A stretch of DNA of 64,000 bases from a virus, in the IMG/VR virus record IMGVR_UViG_3300020438_006740, positions 2,919-66,918 of that record; one strand, 5' to 3'. The position numbers were made by a program, and so were the translations under genes. Shown here in pieces: positions 9,239 to 18,366 of this stretch (within the stretch, counting starts at the first letter, position 1; every line of letters begins with the position of its first letter). The notes under the pieces were generated by a model. It did no database searches and was not told the DNA's origin. It saw only the letters and a program-made list of their open reading frames with translations.

Positions 9239-11317
9239 TTAACTACCCCCTAATGTCTTCATTATGTTTTTACACTTGGGGTAAGCAGAGCATCCAAAGA
9301 ACTTTCCATATCTACCTTTTCTTTCAAGCATTGTTCCCTTTTTACACTTTGGACACTTGTGACCTGTGTCTTTTGCTTCGGACTTTTTTCTCTCAATGGG
9401 AGAGCCGTCCTCACCTATTGTAGCGCCAAATTTACAAACAGGATAAGCTTTACAGCCATAAAACTCTCCGTTTCGCCCCTTTCTTTTTACAAGAATATTT
9501 CCACATCGCGGACACTTATGCCCTGTCTCTAGGCTAACCTTTGTTGACTCTCCGTCAATAGAAAGTGTGCCATCACACTTGGGCCAATCAGAGCAGCCTA
9601 GAAAAGGCCCATGCTTTGATATCTTCTTTATCATTTTTGATGAGCATTTTGGGCATTTGTGATCAACAATAAATGTATCAGGAAGAGCAGACTGATTCGC
9701 CACAGATATCTGTGCGTCTAAATCCTGATAAAATACACCCAGAATATCTTTATATTCTTTGTTACCCGCAGCCACTTTGTCAAGATTGCTTTCCATCTCT
9801 GACGTAAAAGCTTTATCTACAATTTTTGGAAAATAAGCCGTAAGATAATCAGAAACCATTATGCCGATTTCAGTTGATGAAAGAGACTTTTTAGCCCTGG
9901 ATATATACTTTCGGTTTAGCAGTGTGTCAAGAATTGAAGCATAAGTACTTGGCCTTCCAACTCCCTCTTTTTCAAGAAGCTTAATAATTGATGCGTCAGA
10001 GAATCTATTAGGAGGCTTTGTGAAGTTTTGCTTTCCACCAACCTTTTTCCAGGAAACCTTATCACCAACGGCGAGGGCCGGGAGGATCACATCATCCTTG
10101 ATATCCCCATAGACCTTAAGAAATCCATCAAAGACTAGTGTGCTTCCATTCTTCTTAAACCCATAAGCTTTCTTTCCGTGATATTCCAGCCTCAAAGAGA
10201 CTTGATCAAAGACAGCTGAGGCCATCTGACTTGCGGTGAACCTTGAGCCAATAAGCTTTAGAAGCTTTTTTTCGTCTGTTGAGACGGGCTGCACAGGAGA
10301 GTCGTATGTTGGTCGGATGGCTTCGTGAGCATCCTGAGCGGCCCCTTTGGGCCCGTAAGAGATCGTTTTTGGAGAAAGGTATTTTTTACCATATTTTTTA
10401 TCAATAGACTTTCTTAAATCAGAGATTTTGGCGGGATCCGTTCTTGTGCTATCGGTTCTATGGTAAGTGATCATACCTTGGCTGAAAAGATTTTGTGCAA
10501 CGGACATTGTCTTTTTTGCACCCCACCCAAAAGAATTTGATGCAGCCTGCTGAAGAGTTGAAGTAATAAATGGAGGGTACGGCTTTCTGATTCTGCTCTT
10601 AGTCTGATACTCTGTAACTATAAGATCTTTTTTACCAGACCTCATATCGCTTAAAACCTTATCAGTATCTGCCTTTGACTTTGGAGTGTAGGCCTTTCCG
10701 TCTAATGCAAAAAAGTCAGCAGAAAAATCCTGAGAAGTATCAACCTCTATTGTCCAATATTCTTTTGGAACAAAAGCTTTGATCTCCTTTTCTCTATCTG
10801 CAATAATCTTTAGAGCAACAGATTGAACGCGACCAGCAGAGGTGCCTCGAAGGCCTTTTGTCCACATTATTGGACTAACCTTAAAGCCAACGAGTCTATC
10901 TGTAATTCTGCGTGCCTGCTGAGCATTGTAAAGATCACCATCAAGCTTGCCTGGAGACTTCATAGCCTTCTTTACAGCTTCTTTTGTAATGGCATTAAAT
11001 TTAACACGATGAATATTTGTACAAGTTTTTGGCAAAATACTCGCAATATGGAACGCTATAGCCTCGCCCTCCCTATCTGGGTCTGTAGCTATATAGATTG
11101 TATCGTGCTTTTTCGCCTCATTCTTAATAGACTTAACAACATCTTTTTTATCAGAATTAACCTTGTAGGTTGTCTCAAATGTATCTGTATCTATCCCTAG
11201 ATTCTTTTTGGATAAATCCATAATGTGACCAACAGAGGCCATGATAGTATAGTTGCTGCCCAAGATTTTTCGCAGCTTTGAAATTTTGTTTGGTGACTCA
11301 ATTAAAACCAACGGCAT
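9239..11317 (-). CDS. topA: type IA DNA topoisomerase with three C4 zinc ribbons
   Basis: IESPNK, ASVGH, ATDPDREGEAIA, SAGRVQS, ITYHRTDS, AHEAIRPT and GRPSTY motifs; start moved to ATG 11317 (AGGAG SD). Confidence 0.95.
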   Translation of the reverse strand: MPLVLIESPNKISKLRKILGSNYTIMASVGHIMDLSKKNLGIDTDTFETTYKVNSDKKDVVKSIKNEAKKHDTIYIATDPDREGEAIAFHIASILPKTCTNIHRVKFNAITKEAVKKAMKSPGKLDGDLYNAQQARRITDRLVGFKVSPIMWTKGLRGTSAGRVQSVALKIIADREKEIKAFVPKEYWTIEVDTSQDFSADFFALDGKAYTPKSKADTDKVLSDMRSGKKDLIVTEYQTKSRIRKPYPPFITSTLQQAASNSFGWGAKKTMSVAQNLFSQGMITYHRTDSTRTDPAKISDLRKSIDKKYGKKYLSPKTISYGPKGAAQDAHEAIRPTYDSPVQPVSTDEKKLLKLIGSRFTASQMASAVFDQVSLRLEYHGKKAYGFKKNGSTLVFDGFLKVYGDIKDDVILPALAVGDKVSWKKVGGKQNFTKPPNRFSDASIIKLLEKEGVGRPSTYASILDTLLNRKYISRAKKSLSSTEIGIMVSDYLTAYFPKIVDKAFTSEMESNLDKVAAGNKEYKDILGVFYQDLDAQISVANQSALPDTFIVDHKCPKCSSKMIKKISKHGPFLGCSDWPKCDGTLSIDGESTKVSLETGHKCPRCGNILVKRKGRNGEFYGCKAYPVCKFGATIGEDGSPIERKKSEAKDTGHKCPKCKKGTMLERKGRYGKFFGCSAYPKCKNIMKTLGGS

Positions 11318-11337
11318 ATTATCTCCTGTATAACCGA

Positions 11338-11387
11338 AAAATAGCCACGGCCAAAGTCTTGTCAACTTTTTCTGGCCGTGGCTATTT
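11338..11387 (-). promoter_or_regulatory. sigma70-like promoter (TTGACA-N16-TATTTT) inside a perfect 15-bp inverted repeat
   Basis: Arms AAATAGCCACGGCCA (11339-11353) and TGGCCGTGGCTATTT (11373-11387); TTGACA (11360-11365) lies in the loop. Confidence 0.55.
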
Positions 11388-11400
11388 GTTTTTTAAACTT

Positions 11401-11595
11401 TTAATTACTTAATTCTATAATCGGCATCAAAATCTCCAAATCCATAGGATCTATAAAGGGTATAGCTTCCTTCATTGTCATGAAAAGGTTATTATTGTTA
11501 AAATACTTTAACATAATATATTCAACAAACATTATTGACTCTTTGTCACTCCTATCCTTACATTGGGCGATCATCTCTATAAACGTAAGGTTCAT
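11401..11595 (-). CDS. hypothetical protein
   Basis: 64 aa with a strong GGAGG SD. Confidence 0.65.
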   Translation of the reverse strand: MNLTFIEMIAQCKDRSDKESIMFVEYIMLKYFNNNNLFMTMKEAIPFIDPMDLEILMPIIELSN

Positions 11596-11610
11596 GCTGC
11601 CTCCCCTATT

Positions 11611-11635
11611 TTGATGAGGAATAATTCCTCATCAA
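11611..11635. repeat. perfect 25-bp palindrome (12-bp arms, 1-nt centre)
   Basis: TTGATGAGGAAT-A-ATTCCTCATCAA. Confidence 0.85.
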
Positions 11636-11641
11636 TACCGG

Positions 11642-11651
11642 AAATATTAGC
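11642..11651 (-). promoter_or_regulatory. GCTAATATTT motif
   Basis: Intergenic, upstream of the palindrome and of gene 11401..11595. Confidence 0.5.
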
Positions 11652-11672
11652 TTCAACCTCTTAATGTGTCGA

Positions 11673-12185
11673 TTAATCGGTGCTGCCAAATCCTCCATCA
11701 CCACGTTCTGTTTCTGAAACATCCTCTACAGCAAAATCGCAATTATTTCTTTTTCTTAGAATGGCCTGGAACAATTTTGGTTTTTCTCGCAAGATAAGTT
11801 GGGCAGTTGCGGTGATTGTTTGCGGTCTTGATCCAAAAATTCTAACCAAGCCGCCTGCGAAGCTATCTGCCGGAGAGCTTAGACTCTCATGTTTGTGGTG
11901 AATTCTTACAGGAACGAGAATCTCTCCCCTGTAGTGTTCGTCAATCACACCCATTGAGTTGGCCATTGATAATGGGAGTTTTGAAATGGAGCTTCTCGGA
12001 ACTACTTCAAAGTAATAACCAGAAGGAGGTTCTATCGATACGCCTGTTTTAAAAAACACAACATCTCCAACAATCTTATGGACGCCAATAAAGGTTAGGT
12101 CATAACCTGTATCTGACTTATGTGCTCTTTGCGGTACAACAGCTCCTTCGTCTAGAAGCTTAACTTTTGTTTTTAGTCTTGGCAT
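11673..12185 (-). CDS. dut: dUTPase (trimeric type) with internal insertion
   Basis: GYDL, RSS, GVIDEHYRGEI and RGDGGFGST motifs. Confidence 0.93.
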   Translation of the reverse strand: MPRLKTKVKLLDEGAVVPQRAHKSDTGYDLTFIGVHKIVGDVVFFKTGVSIEPPSGYYFEVVPRSSISKLPLSMANSMGVIDEHYRGEILVPVRIHHKHESLSSPADSFAGGLVRIFGSRPQTITATAQLILREKPKLFQAILRKRNNCDFAVEDVSETERGDGGFGSTD

Positions 12186-12204
12186 GCGTTCCTTTCTACG
12201 AATA

Positions 12205-12232
12205 ATTATAGGTTAAACAGAGGTAGATGCAA
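12205..12232 (-). promoter_or_regulatory. sigma70-like promoter TTGCAT-N16-TATAAT for dut
   Basis: Perfect -10 box lying 19 nt upstream of the ATG, with AAGGA SD. Confidence 0.5.
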
Positions 12233-12233
12233 A

Positions 12234-12452
12234 TTGAGTGATCAAAAGTATTTTATAGAATTATCTTTAAGTTTAGTTTTTGAAACTTCTAAAAAAAGAA
12301 AAGATGATCTAATAGCAAAAATTAACGAATGCATTCAAATGATGCTCGAAGAGGAGGACTCTATATCGGTTTCCTCTTCGGTTAACGCTATATCAGAAGA
12401 TCAAGTTTTTTCAATCTACTCATCTGCTTTATCCGAAGAAGAATACAACTAA
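12234..12452 (+). CDS. hypothetical acidic protein
   Basis: TTG start with GAGG SD; fills the gap between two minus-strand genes. Confidence 0.55.
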   Translation: MSDQKYFIELSLSLVFETSKKRKDDLIAKINECIQMMLEEEDSISVSSSVNAISEDQVFSIYSSALSEEEYN

Positions 12453-12856
12453 TCTTCGGTTGCCCATAGCATATACTTGTAAATGGCTCTGGCAACATCT
12501 TTATTCCATTTTTCTTTATTTATTTTTATACCAAGCCTGTTTGCCAGCTTTAGACCCCGCTTCCAAGCCTCTACCTCCTCTATAACAGTAAAGGTTTTGT
12601 GAATCTTTGATTTTTCGGAGTATTTGCTTAAAACTTCGGATATACCATTTGTAATGCTATCTGATTTTTCAACCAGTAGGTGGCCTGCCTCATGAAGTAT
12701 AACATGAAGTTGAGTTTCTAAGGACCGAGTAGAATTTATAGATACAAATTTTGAGTCTCTATCAATTGCATCCTCTCCATCTCGATCTATCTCTACATGG
12801 TAGCCTTTTTGTTGAAACCAATAAGCAATCGCTGCAATTGCATCCTCATGACTCAT
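12449..12856 (-). CDS. HExxH Zn metallopeptidase (ImmA/IrrE-like)
   Basis: VILHEAGH...EEVEAW motifs; likely start MSHEDA after GGAG. Confidence 0.65.
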   Translation of the reverse strand: MSHEDAIAAIAYWFQQKGYHVEIDRDGEDAIDRDSKFVSINSTRSLETQLHVILHEAGHLLVEKSDSITNGISEVLSKYSEKSKIHKTFTVIEEVEAWKRGLKLANRLGIKINKEKWNKDVARAIYKYMLWATED

Positions 12857-12937
12857 AAAAGACTCCAAATATTAGATCTTAATGTTTAGCTGCTTATAGC
12901 CTTAGCTGCAGTGAGGTATGCCATACGCCTTTAAGCT

Positions 12938-13210
12938 TCATTCGGTGACCTCGTGAGTGAGCAGCCACTCATATTCAGTCATAGCCACAGCCTCTGTGTC
13001 TGTAAGCGAGAGTGTTATGCTTCGCACGTCGCCTGGAGTCCATGTTCTAGGAAGTGAATATAATTGCGGGGCAGTCAGCATTACCCACCCAGAGCTTGCG
13101 TATACCTTACAAGAAGATGTTAGAGTGCGACCATTGAGTTCGCGACCACTAACTACGAGGCTAAGTTCTTCGGTTGTCATGTCAGATTCAAAAACGATGC
13201 AGGATCTCAT
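12938..13210 (-). CDS. hypothetical protein (tail-fibre associated?)
   Basis: ATG at 13210 forms an ATGA overlap with the upstream gene's stop. Confidence 0.5.
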   Translation of the reverse strand: MRSCIVFESDMTTEELSLVVSGRELNGRTLTSSCKVYASSGWVMLTAPQLYSLPRTWTPGDVRSITLSLTDTEAVAMTEYEWLLTHEVTE

Positions 13211-13947
13211 GAGGGCGCGTCTCCATTCGCGGGGTAGATCTTGTAATGAATCTGACACTTAAAGGTCGTGGCTGCGGAACCTTCCGACACACCGAGAAAG
13301 AATCGCAACAAGCTGGTGTCTGTACCGAGATCTACATTTGTCGTCGCGACTCCGCGTGTCCGGTGGTGCTCGTATTTGTCGCCGTCTGGCCCCAGCCATT
13401 CACAGCCACTACCGGCAGCAGGCCGGTACTCGTCGCCAGTTTTATGCCAAAGCGGCGGGTTTAGGCGAATCTGAAGAACCCCGTTCGCGTCTACGTCACT
13501 TGTACCCGTGGCATTGAAGCTCGACGAGCTGGCCGAGATAAGATCAGGGCCGTTGCCTGCCGCGTCCCATTGAGCGCCTAGCGCATAGCCGTTATCGCTG
13601 GCGAAAGGCACTCCGGTGCCAGTTTGTATGCCGGCCATGATTCCGGCATCAGACCCAGGAGTAGGTTGGTTGAGTCCTGAAAAAGATATCCAAATTACGA
13701 TCCCGAACCTTCCTAGATCGACGACATTTCCTGTGGAGTCTTTTGGCTCAAAGGCCCACCATGCGAAGCTGCTAGAGGCTGTTCCGGTTACCGCAAACTG
13801 GACCCCATTCAAATCCTGCGTGGCCGTTACAATGCTAGAAGTGTCAAAAGCTTCGGAAGCGTCGGCAATTTGTAGGCGAATCCACTGAGAGTAATCAATA
13901 CCACTGCCGACAGCCGAAGCATCTTTGCTAGAGTGAAATATAGCCAT
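13207..13947 (-). CDS. putative receptor-binding/structural protein (GC-richer)
   Basis: 246 aa, G/A/T/S-rich, coupled to both neighbours. Confidence 0.55.
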   Translation of the reverse strand: MAIFHSSKDASAVGSGIDYSQWIRLQIADASEAFDTSSIVTATQDLNGVQFAVTGTASSSFAWWAFEPKDSTGNVVDLGRFGIVIWISFSGLNQPTPGSDAGIMAGIQTGTGVPFASDNGYALGAQWDAAGNGPDLISASSSSFNATGTSDVDANGVLQIRLNPPLWHKTGDEYRPAAGSGCEWLGPDGDKYEHHRTRGVATTNVDLGTDTSLLRFFLGVSEGSAATTFKCQIHYKIYPANGDAPS

Positions 13948-14375
13948 TATTGCGCACCAAATATAAGCTGCACATAAACACCCTCTGCAACTAAATCTGC
14001 ATTATCAGATGCAGCCTGTATTTTTATAACGCTGCCCTTGGGCATGCTTAAGTTTGCTGTAGTTCCTGTTAGGCCAACTGCAGTTAAAGTGGCAGCAGGT
14101 AAGCTTGGGGCCTCTAAATCGAATCCACCTGGAGCAGACAATAGATTGTTTGATGCAGTCTCGTCAGACACAAATAAAAGATAAGTTCCTGCCGCAGAGG
14201 CTGCACCTGAGTGGCAATAGGCATTTACTTCTTTTAAAGTCAAGTCATATGGAGCGAAGAAATATTCATTTATAGTGTTAGTTGGGCTAACGGGAAATGA
14301 TAATGAGTAAAAATCAGACCTCTGAACCCACCTTGCGGCACCTGGGGCTGATTTTTTTTCTAAAATATAAGACAT
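13947..14375 (-). CDS. putative structural protein
   Basis: FFAPYDLTLKEVNAY... jelly-roll-like fibre-tip pattern; GGAG SD. Confidence 0.55.
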   Translation of the reverse strand: MSYILEKKSAPGAARWVQRSDFYSLSFPVSPTNTINEYFFAPYDLTLKEVNAYCHSGAASAAGTYLLFVSDETASNNLLSAPGGFDLEAPSLPAATLTAVGLTGTTANLSMPKGSVIKIQAASDNADLVAEGVYVQLIFGAQ

Positions 14376-14405
14376 TTAGTTTTGCTCCAAATATGCAAAC
14401 CGAAC

Positions 14406-14618
14406 TTATTCAGCAGGCCTAACAAGCAAGTAAGTTTGGCCAAAGCGTACATCATAACTATTGGCATTTAAAGGATTTTCGCTAACCCTAAGATCAGAAT
14501 CTATTGGTATTGAAATATTTGCATTTATCGCAAAAAGAACACTTAGCGTTGTTGTTGAAGAAATCTGAATAGAGGTTAATACTGTGCCATCTTCATTAAC
14601 TATTTCATAATTAAGCAT
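14406..14618 (-). CDS. hypothetical protein
   Basis: 70 aa, directly abuts the upstream gene. Confidence 0.55.
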   Translation of the reverse strand: MLNYEIVNEDGTVLTSIQISSTTTLSVLFAINANISIPIDSDLRVSENPLNANSYDVRFGQTYLLVRPAE

Positions 14619-15404
14619 TTAGCTCCCCTTTCTGTGGTGCAGGTGAATATATCTAACAAGCATGGTTGTGGAGTCCATGGTAAATGTTAATCCCGCCGCA
14701 GACTGCACTATAGATCTGGTTGCAGCAGTAGTTGAATCAGCCATTAACATTCCGAATGCCCAAAAGTCGTTAGCATCTACCGACAATACAGATGCAGAGT
14801 TGTCCTTCATATTTATACTTCTTCGATTCATAGTATTTGCCAAAGTAAGTTTTGTTGATCCTGTAGTCGATACATCCGTTATGCCCCCTGTAATGCTTCC
14901 CGGAGAAAAGTGTGCTCCAATGCGCCTGACATCATACGCTCCACAGTTAACGGAAATTGCTGTTGATCCAGAGTTATGATAAGTAAATATAATCCTGTTA
15001 CCGCCTTCTTCATAAGCAGCACACTGCTGAAGGTCTGCAAATGAGGGATACTCAAACCTCATAAGCCTCATTCCAACTTTATTATCAGCCCAGCTTAAAG
15101 AGCTTTCGACAGGCATCACTACTTCCAGGGTATCTTTTGACCCATCATACCCGGGGAAATAATCACCAAGGCTAAAGGTAGCTATTTGACAATAATCAGT
15201 AGGAAGAGCAGGATTTGACGGATTATTAAAGCTCGCAATAAAAGTAGAGTTATCTGTCGTAACCACATTGTTGTTGTGGTCAATAATCGTAAGCGGAATT
15301 CCTGATCCACTCGCAATAGATCCGCCGCTTCCGGCTAAATCAAGGGTTATTGATCTTTCTTGTGGAAAATACGGAACTCCACCCAATATTCTATACTGAG
15401 GCAT
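14619..15404 (-). CDS. putative tail fibre/receptor-binding protein
   Basis: Start MPQYRIL at 15404 overlaps the upstream stop (TAATG); S/T/G-rich. Confidence 0.55.
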   Translation of the reverse strand: MPQYRILGGVPYFPQERSITLDLAGSGGSIASGSGIPLTIIDHNNNVVTTDNSTFIASFNNPSNPALPTDYCQIATFSLGDYFPGYDGSKDTLEVVMPVESSLSWADNKVGMRLMRFEYPSFADLQQCAAYEEGGNRIIFTYHNSGSTAISVNCGAYDVRRIGAHFSPGSITGGITDVSTTGSTKLTLANTMNRRSINMKDNSASVLSVDANDFWAFGMLMADSTTAATRSIVQSAAGLTFTMDSTTMLVRYIHLHHRKGS

Positions 15405-17221
15405 TACCCACTCACCTTTGTTAGATGCACCGTTGCTACCCACCGAATTGTATGTGCAGCCTCTCCTACTACTTGTAGTTTTAGCGATGGAGTTGAGTGT
15501 GGGGAGGATGATCCGTCATCCGCCGTAACTAGCAGCTGCCAAGAAGAAGCTCCTGCGTCAAAGTCTGTGATCACATACTGACTGCCAACCAGGCTGGTTG
15601 TAGATTTTATGATCCTCCTTTTTATACACCCTTTTATTTCCCACCATGCCGTGTCTCCTGTCGCCTGCTCTCTTGCGACTGCATCAATCCTAAACCTATA
15701 GGCTGTATTGGCATTAATTGTGATACATTCAGTTGCTGTCGATGAATTAGACCCAGAAGTGCTCAATTCCGAGGGAGTTGCATCACTAGTCTCTCTTCTT
15801 AAAACCATTCTTGAGAATTGAGCGTCACCAGCAGCAGCAAATCTTCCTGAGCCATGAGCGTGCTCATTATTGTGACTGGCTACAGCCCATTGACCACCAG
15901 AGGTTGAGGCTCCCGCTGCTGACGCAGTGTTGTTAGCCCCACCTCCTACAAATGATGACGCGCCTGATGCAGTATTATCTAACCCTCCAACTATAATTGC
16001 ATTTGACGCAGAGCCCGCCGTTATATCTGCGTTATTAGTGCTGTTATCAATATTTAGCTTATCGCCTTTTATTTTTACAAATCCCCTAGTACCCAGAGGC
16101 GAAGCTACCGCCCCAGGTTCTAACACAATATTTCCAGTTGATGCGGCAGCAGACCCTGCGTCACCGGTTCCAAGGTTTAAGTTACCGCTTGTTCCCGAAC
16201 CAAGGGGTCCGGATATTGAGCCTGAAGCGATAGTTACATCGCCTGAGCTGCCCATTAGAGAGGTTCCTGTTCTTAGGACTATCTCACCACTGTTAGGGGT
16301 CGCAGGACCCCCTGGGACTGCTAGTGCGTTTCCTGTTGTTATCTGCACTCGACCAGACGATCCCCCTTCTGTGCCAGGAGCGACAAAGCCTGTTGATCCA
16401 GATTGAATATCCACATTACCAGTTCCCACACCTGCTCCAACAGCATTTGTGTTGATGCTTGGAGACTGCAATCTAACGTCAACAGTTGTACTCCCGGGAC
16501 TAAGAGACTGCGGAAAGGTTAGATTTGGAAACCCCATAAGCAAAACGCCATTTGAACCAAACATTCCGGGCGGAATATGGGCTAATCCAGTTTCTTGAAG
16601 CTCTCCCATTTGAAGGAAAACTAAGTTATCACCCGGAGCGTCAGTGTAAAATCTTACGCTTCCAGTTCCACTTGATATTAAGTCAATATTTGAGTCAGCT
16701 GCAGATCTTAGTCTAACATCTGTTTGACCCTGTATTTCATCACCAGAAGATAATAAGACATTATTACCTCCGGTTTCATTTCCAAGACCAAGTGTTGTCT
16801 CCAAATCTCCGCCGCCACCCGCTAAAAGATCTGTAACTACACCAGACTCATTAGAGTAGTAAAGATTATTTCGAGCAAGACCGCCAGATCCATCTGATAT
16901 AAATATAGCACCCTTGTTTGCTTTAGCCGTTGGAGCGGTAGCTTCATCTAGAAACAAAGCATTTGGTAAATCAAATATAACTTGCTCAATAGCATCAATG
17001 TTAGATTCAATTGTACTTATTTCTGAGTCTATATCATCCAGCCTAAGAGATACAGTATCAAAAGCTCCTTGAGGCAGAGTTCCTAGAGCATTTTCAATAT
17101 TAACTATAGCACTGCGAATTCTATTTAGACCTTCTGCGCTAACAGGGGTTACATCGTTTACAAATAGGGGCAGCTGAGCATAACCGTCTATCGCTTTTGG
17201 AAATATACTATAATCAGACAT
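15404..17221 (-). CDS. long tail-fibre-like protein
   Basis: N-terminal FP.AID...LP...D......N.IR.AI..IE.ALG motif, coiled coil, G-x-V-x-I-x-T-G repeats and GG..NTASG repeats. Confidence 0.7.
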   Translation of the reverse strand: MSDYSIFPKAIDGYAQLPLFVNDVTPVSAEGLNRIRSAIVNIENALGTLPQGAFDTVSLRLDDIDSEISTIESNIDAIEQVIFDLPNALFLDEATAPTAKANKGAIFISDGSGGLARNNLYYSNESGVVTDLLAGGGGDLETTLGLGNETGGNNVLLSSGDEIQGQTDVRLRSAADSNIDLISSGTGSVRFYTDAPGDNLVFLQMGELQETGLAHIPPGMFGSNGVLLMGFPNLTFPQSLSPGSTTVDVRLQSPSINTNAVGAGVGTGNVDIQSGSTGFVAPGTEGGSSGRVQITTGNALAVPGGPATPNSGEIVLRTGTSLMGSSGDVTIASGSISGPLGSGTSGNLNLGTGDAGSAAASTGNIVLEPGAVASPLGTRGFVKIKGDKLNIDNSTNNADITAGSASNAIIVGGLDNTASGASSFVGGGANNTASAAGASTSGGQWAVASHNNEHAHGSGRFAAAGDAQFSRMVLRRETSDATPSELSTSGSNSSTATECITINANTAYRFRIDAVAREQATGDTAWWEIKGCIKRRIIKSTTSLVGSQYVITDFDAGASSWQLLVTADDGSSSPHSTPSLKLQVVGEAAHTIRWVATVHLTKVSG

Positions 17222-17224
17222 TTA

Positions 17225-17383
17225 TCAACCTTTTGTTTTTTTGGAAATCCTGCTAGACCTAGATTTGCCGGGGATAGATATTAGCTTAGATACTCTATTT
17301 TTTCTAATAACCTTGCCGCTTTTATTAGAGGCAACCTTTTTTTTAACACCCGCCGGCCTTTTTTTATTACAACCACAACCCAT
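17225..17383 (-). CDS. 52-aa very basic peptide with MGCGC N-terminus
   Basis: Not in the ORF track. MGCGCNKKRPAGVKKKVASNKSGKVIRKNRVSKLISIPGKSRSSRISKKTKG; AGGAG SD and GCTAATATTT upstream. Confidence 0.7.
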   Translation of the reverse strand: MGCGCNKKRPAGVKKKVASNKSGKVIRKNRVSKLISIPGKSRSSRISKKTKG

Positions 17384-17403
17384 GATATCTCCTATCTATT
17401 TTC

Positions 17404-17413
17404 AAATATTAGC
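17404..17413 (-). promoter_or_regulatory. GCTAATATTT motif heading the tail-fibre block
   Basis: About 20 nt upstream of the ATG at 17383. Confidence 0.55.
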
Positions 17414-17583
17414 AGAATTTTATTCTATAAATACCGCTCTATAGAGCTTTAAAAATGTTAATAATGTAAATAATTTTCTTTAATAATATACTTCAATGCT
17501 TTTTACCTGCCCTATATAAAATAAGTTTGGTAAAATAATAAATATTATGCTAATTTTACTTATTTAAAACAGAGAGATGTAAA

Positions 17584-18366
17584 ATGAAAAAATTAATAAA
17601 TTATTTGCTTTACTTAATAGTTACTCTTTCTGCTGTATTTATAATAAATAATATTATTAACTTTTCTAAAAAAACAATTTTATTAAACGAACATCAAGGG
17701 TTGGCTGCACTAAGATCTGAGACAATGTTGCAGCCAGTAGTTCGGCTTTCTCAAATTTTTTATAGCTCAACAAATGTTGAGGGCGGAATGCAAAGTTTAG
17801 AGTCAGTAACTTTCGCAACAGGCTTTTCTGCAATGTATCTAGGCAACACAAACGAAACTATAATTTTAACAAATGATCACTTCTGCAACTCTTTAGATGA
17901 AGACACTACGCTTATTGTTGAAAACTATTTAGGGCAAATAGTTTATGGCGCTCCAAAAAATGCTGATGCACTCATTTCTTCAACAAGAAATGACATGGAC
18001 TTGTGTGCATTAAAAATCAAAGGATACGTTAAGCCGGCGAAGATAAAGGGTAAAGATTATACTCCAACCCTATTTGAGGAGGTCTTTGTTGTTGGCAGTC
18101 CCTCTGGAGATTTTCCAATAATTATAGATACGTACTTATCTTCCTTGATATCAAGAAAAAAGGTTACGTCCGGAAATATGAGCTCCCTAAGTAGTTCTGG
18201 TAATGATTTTCTAATGATATCTGAACAAATTTTTCCAGGACATAGTGGTAGCCCTATTTATACAAAAGATGGCGAAGTAATAGGCATTCTTTTTGGAGCA
18301 TTAAGAAGCTACGGAGGACTTGGGGCAGGCCACGAAGATATTCACTCCTTTTTAGAAGCCTTGTGA
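17584..18366 (+). CDS. trypsin-like serine protease with N-terminal TM helix
   Basis: LTNDHFC, DMDLCAL and PGHSGSP motifs; GCTAATTTT variant upstream. Confidence 0.85.
   Translation: MKKLINYLLYLIVTLSAVFIINNIINFSKKTILLNEHQGLAALRSETMLQPVVRLSQIFYSSTNVEGGMQSLESVTFATGFSAMYLGNTNETIILTNDHFCNSLDEDTTLIVENYLGQIVYGAPKNADALISSTRNDMDLCALKIKGYVKPAKIKGKDYTPTLFEEVFVVGSPSGDFPIIIDTYLSSLISRKKVTSGNMSSLSSSGNDFLMISEQIFPGHSGSPIYTKDGEVIGILFGALRSYGGLGAGHEDIHSFLEAL

Noticed and set aside
11318-11365. TTG-start extension of topA
   Set aside because: It coincides with the promoter and inverted repeat; the SD supports ATG 11317
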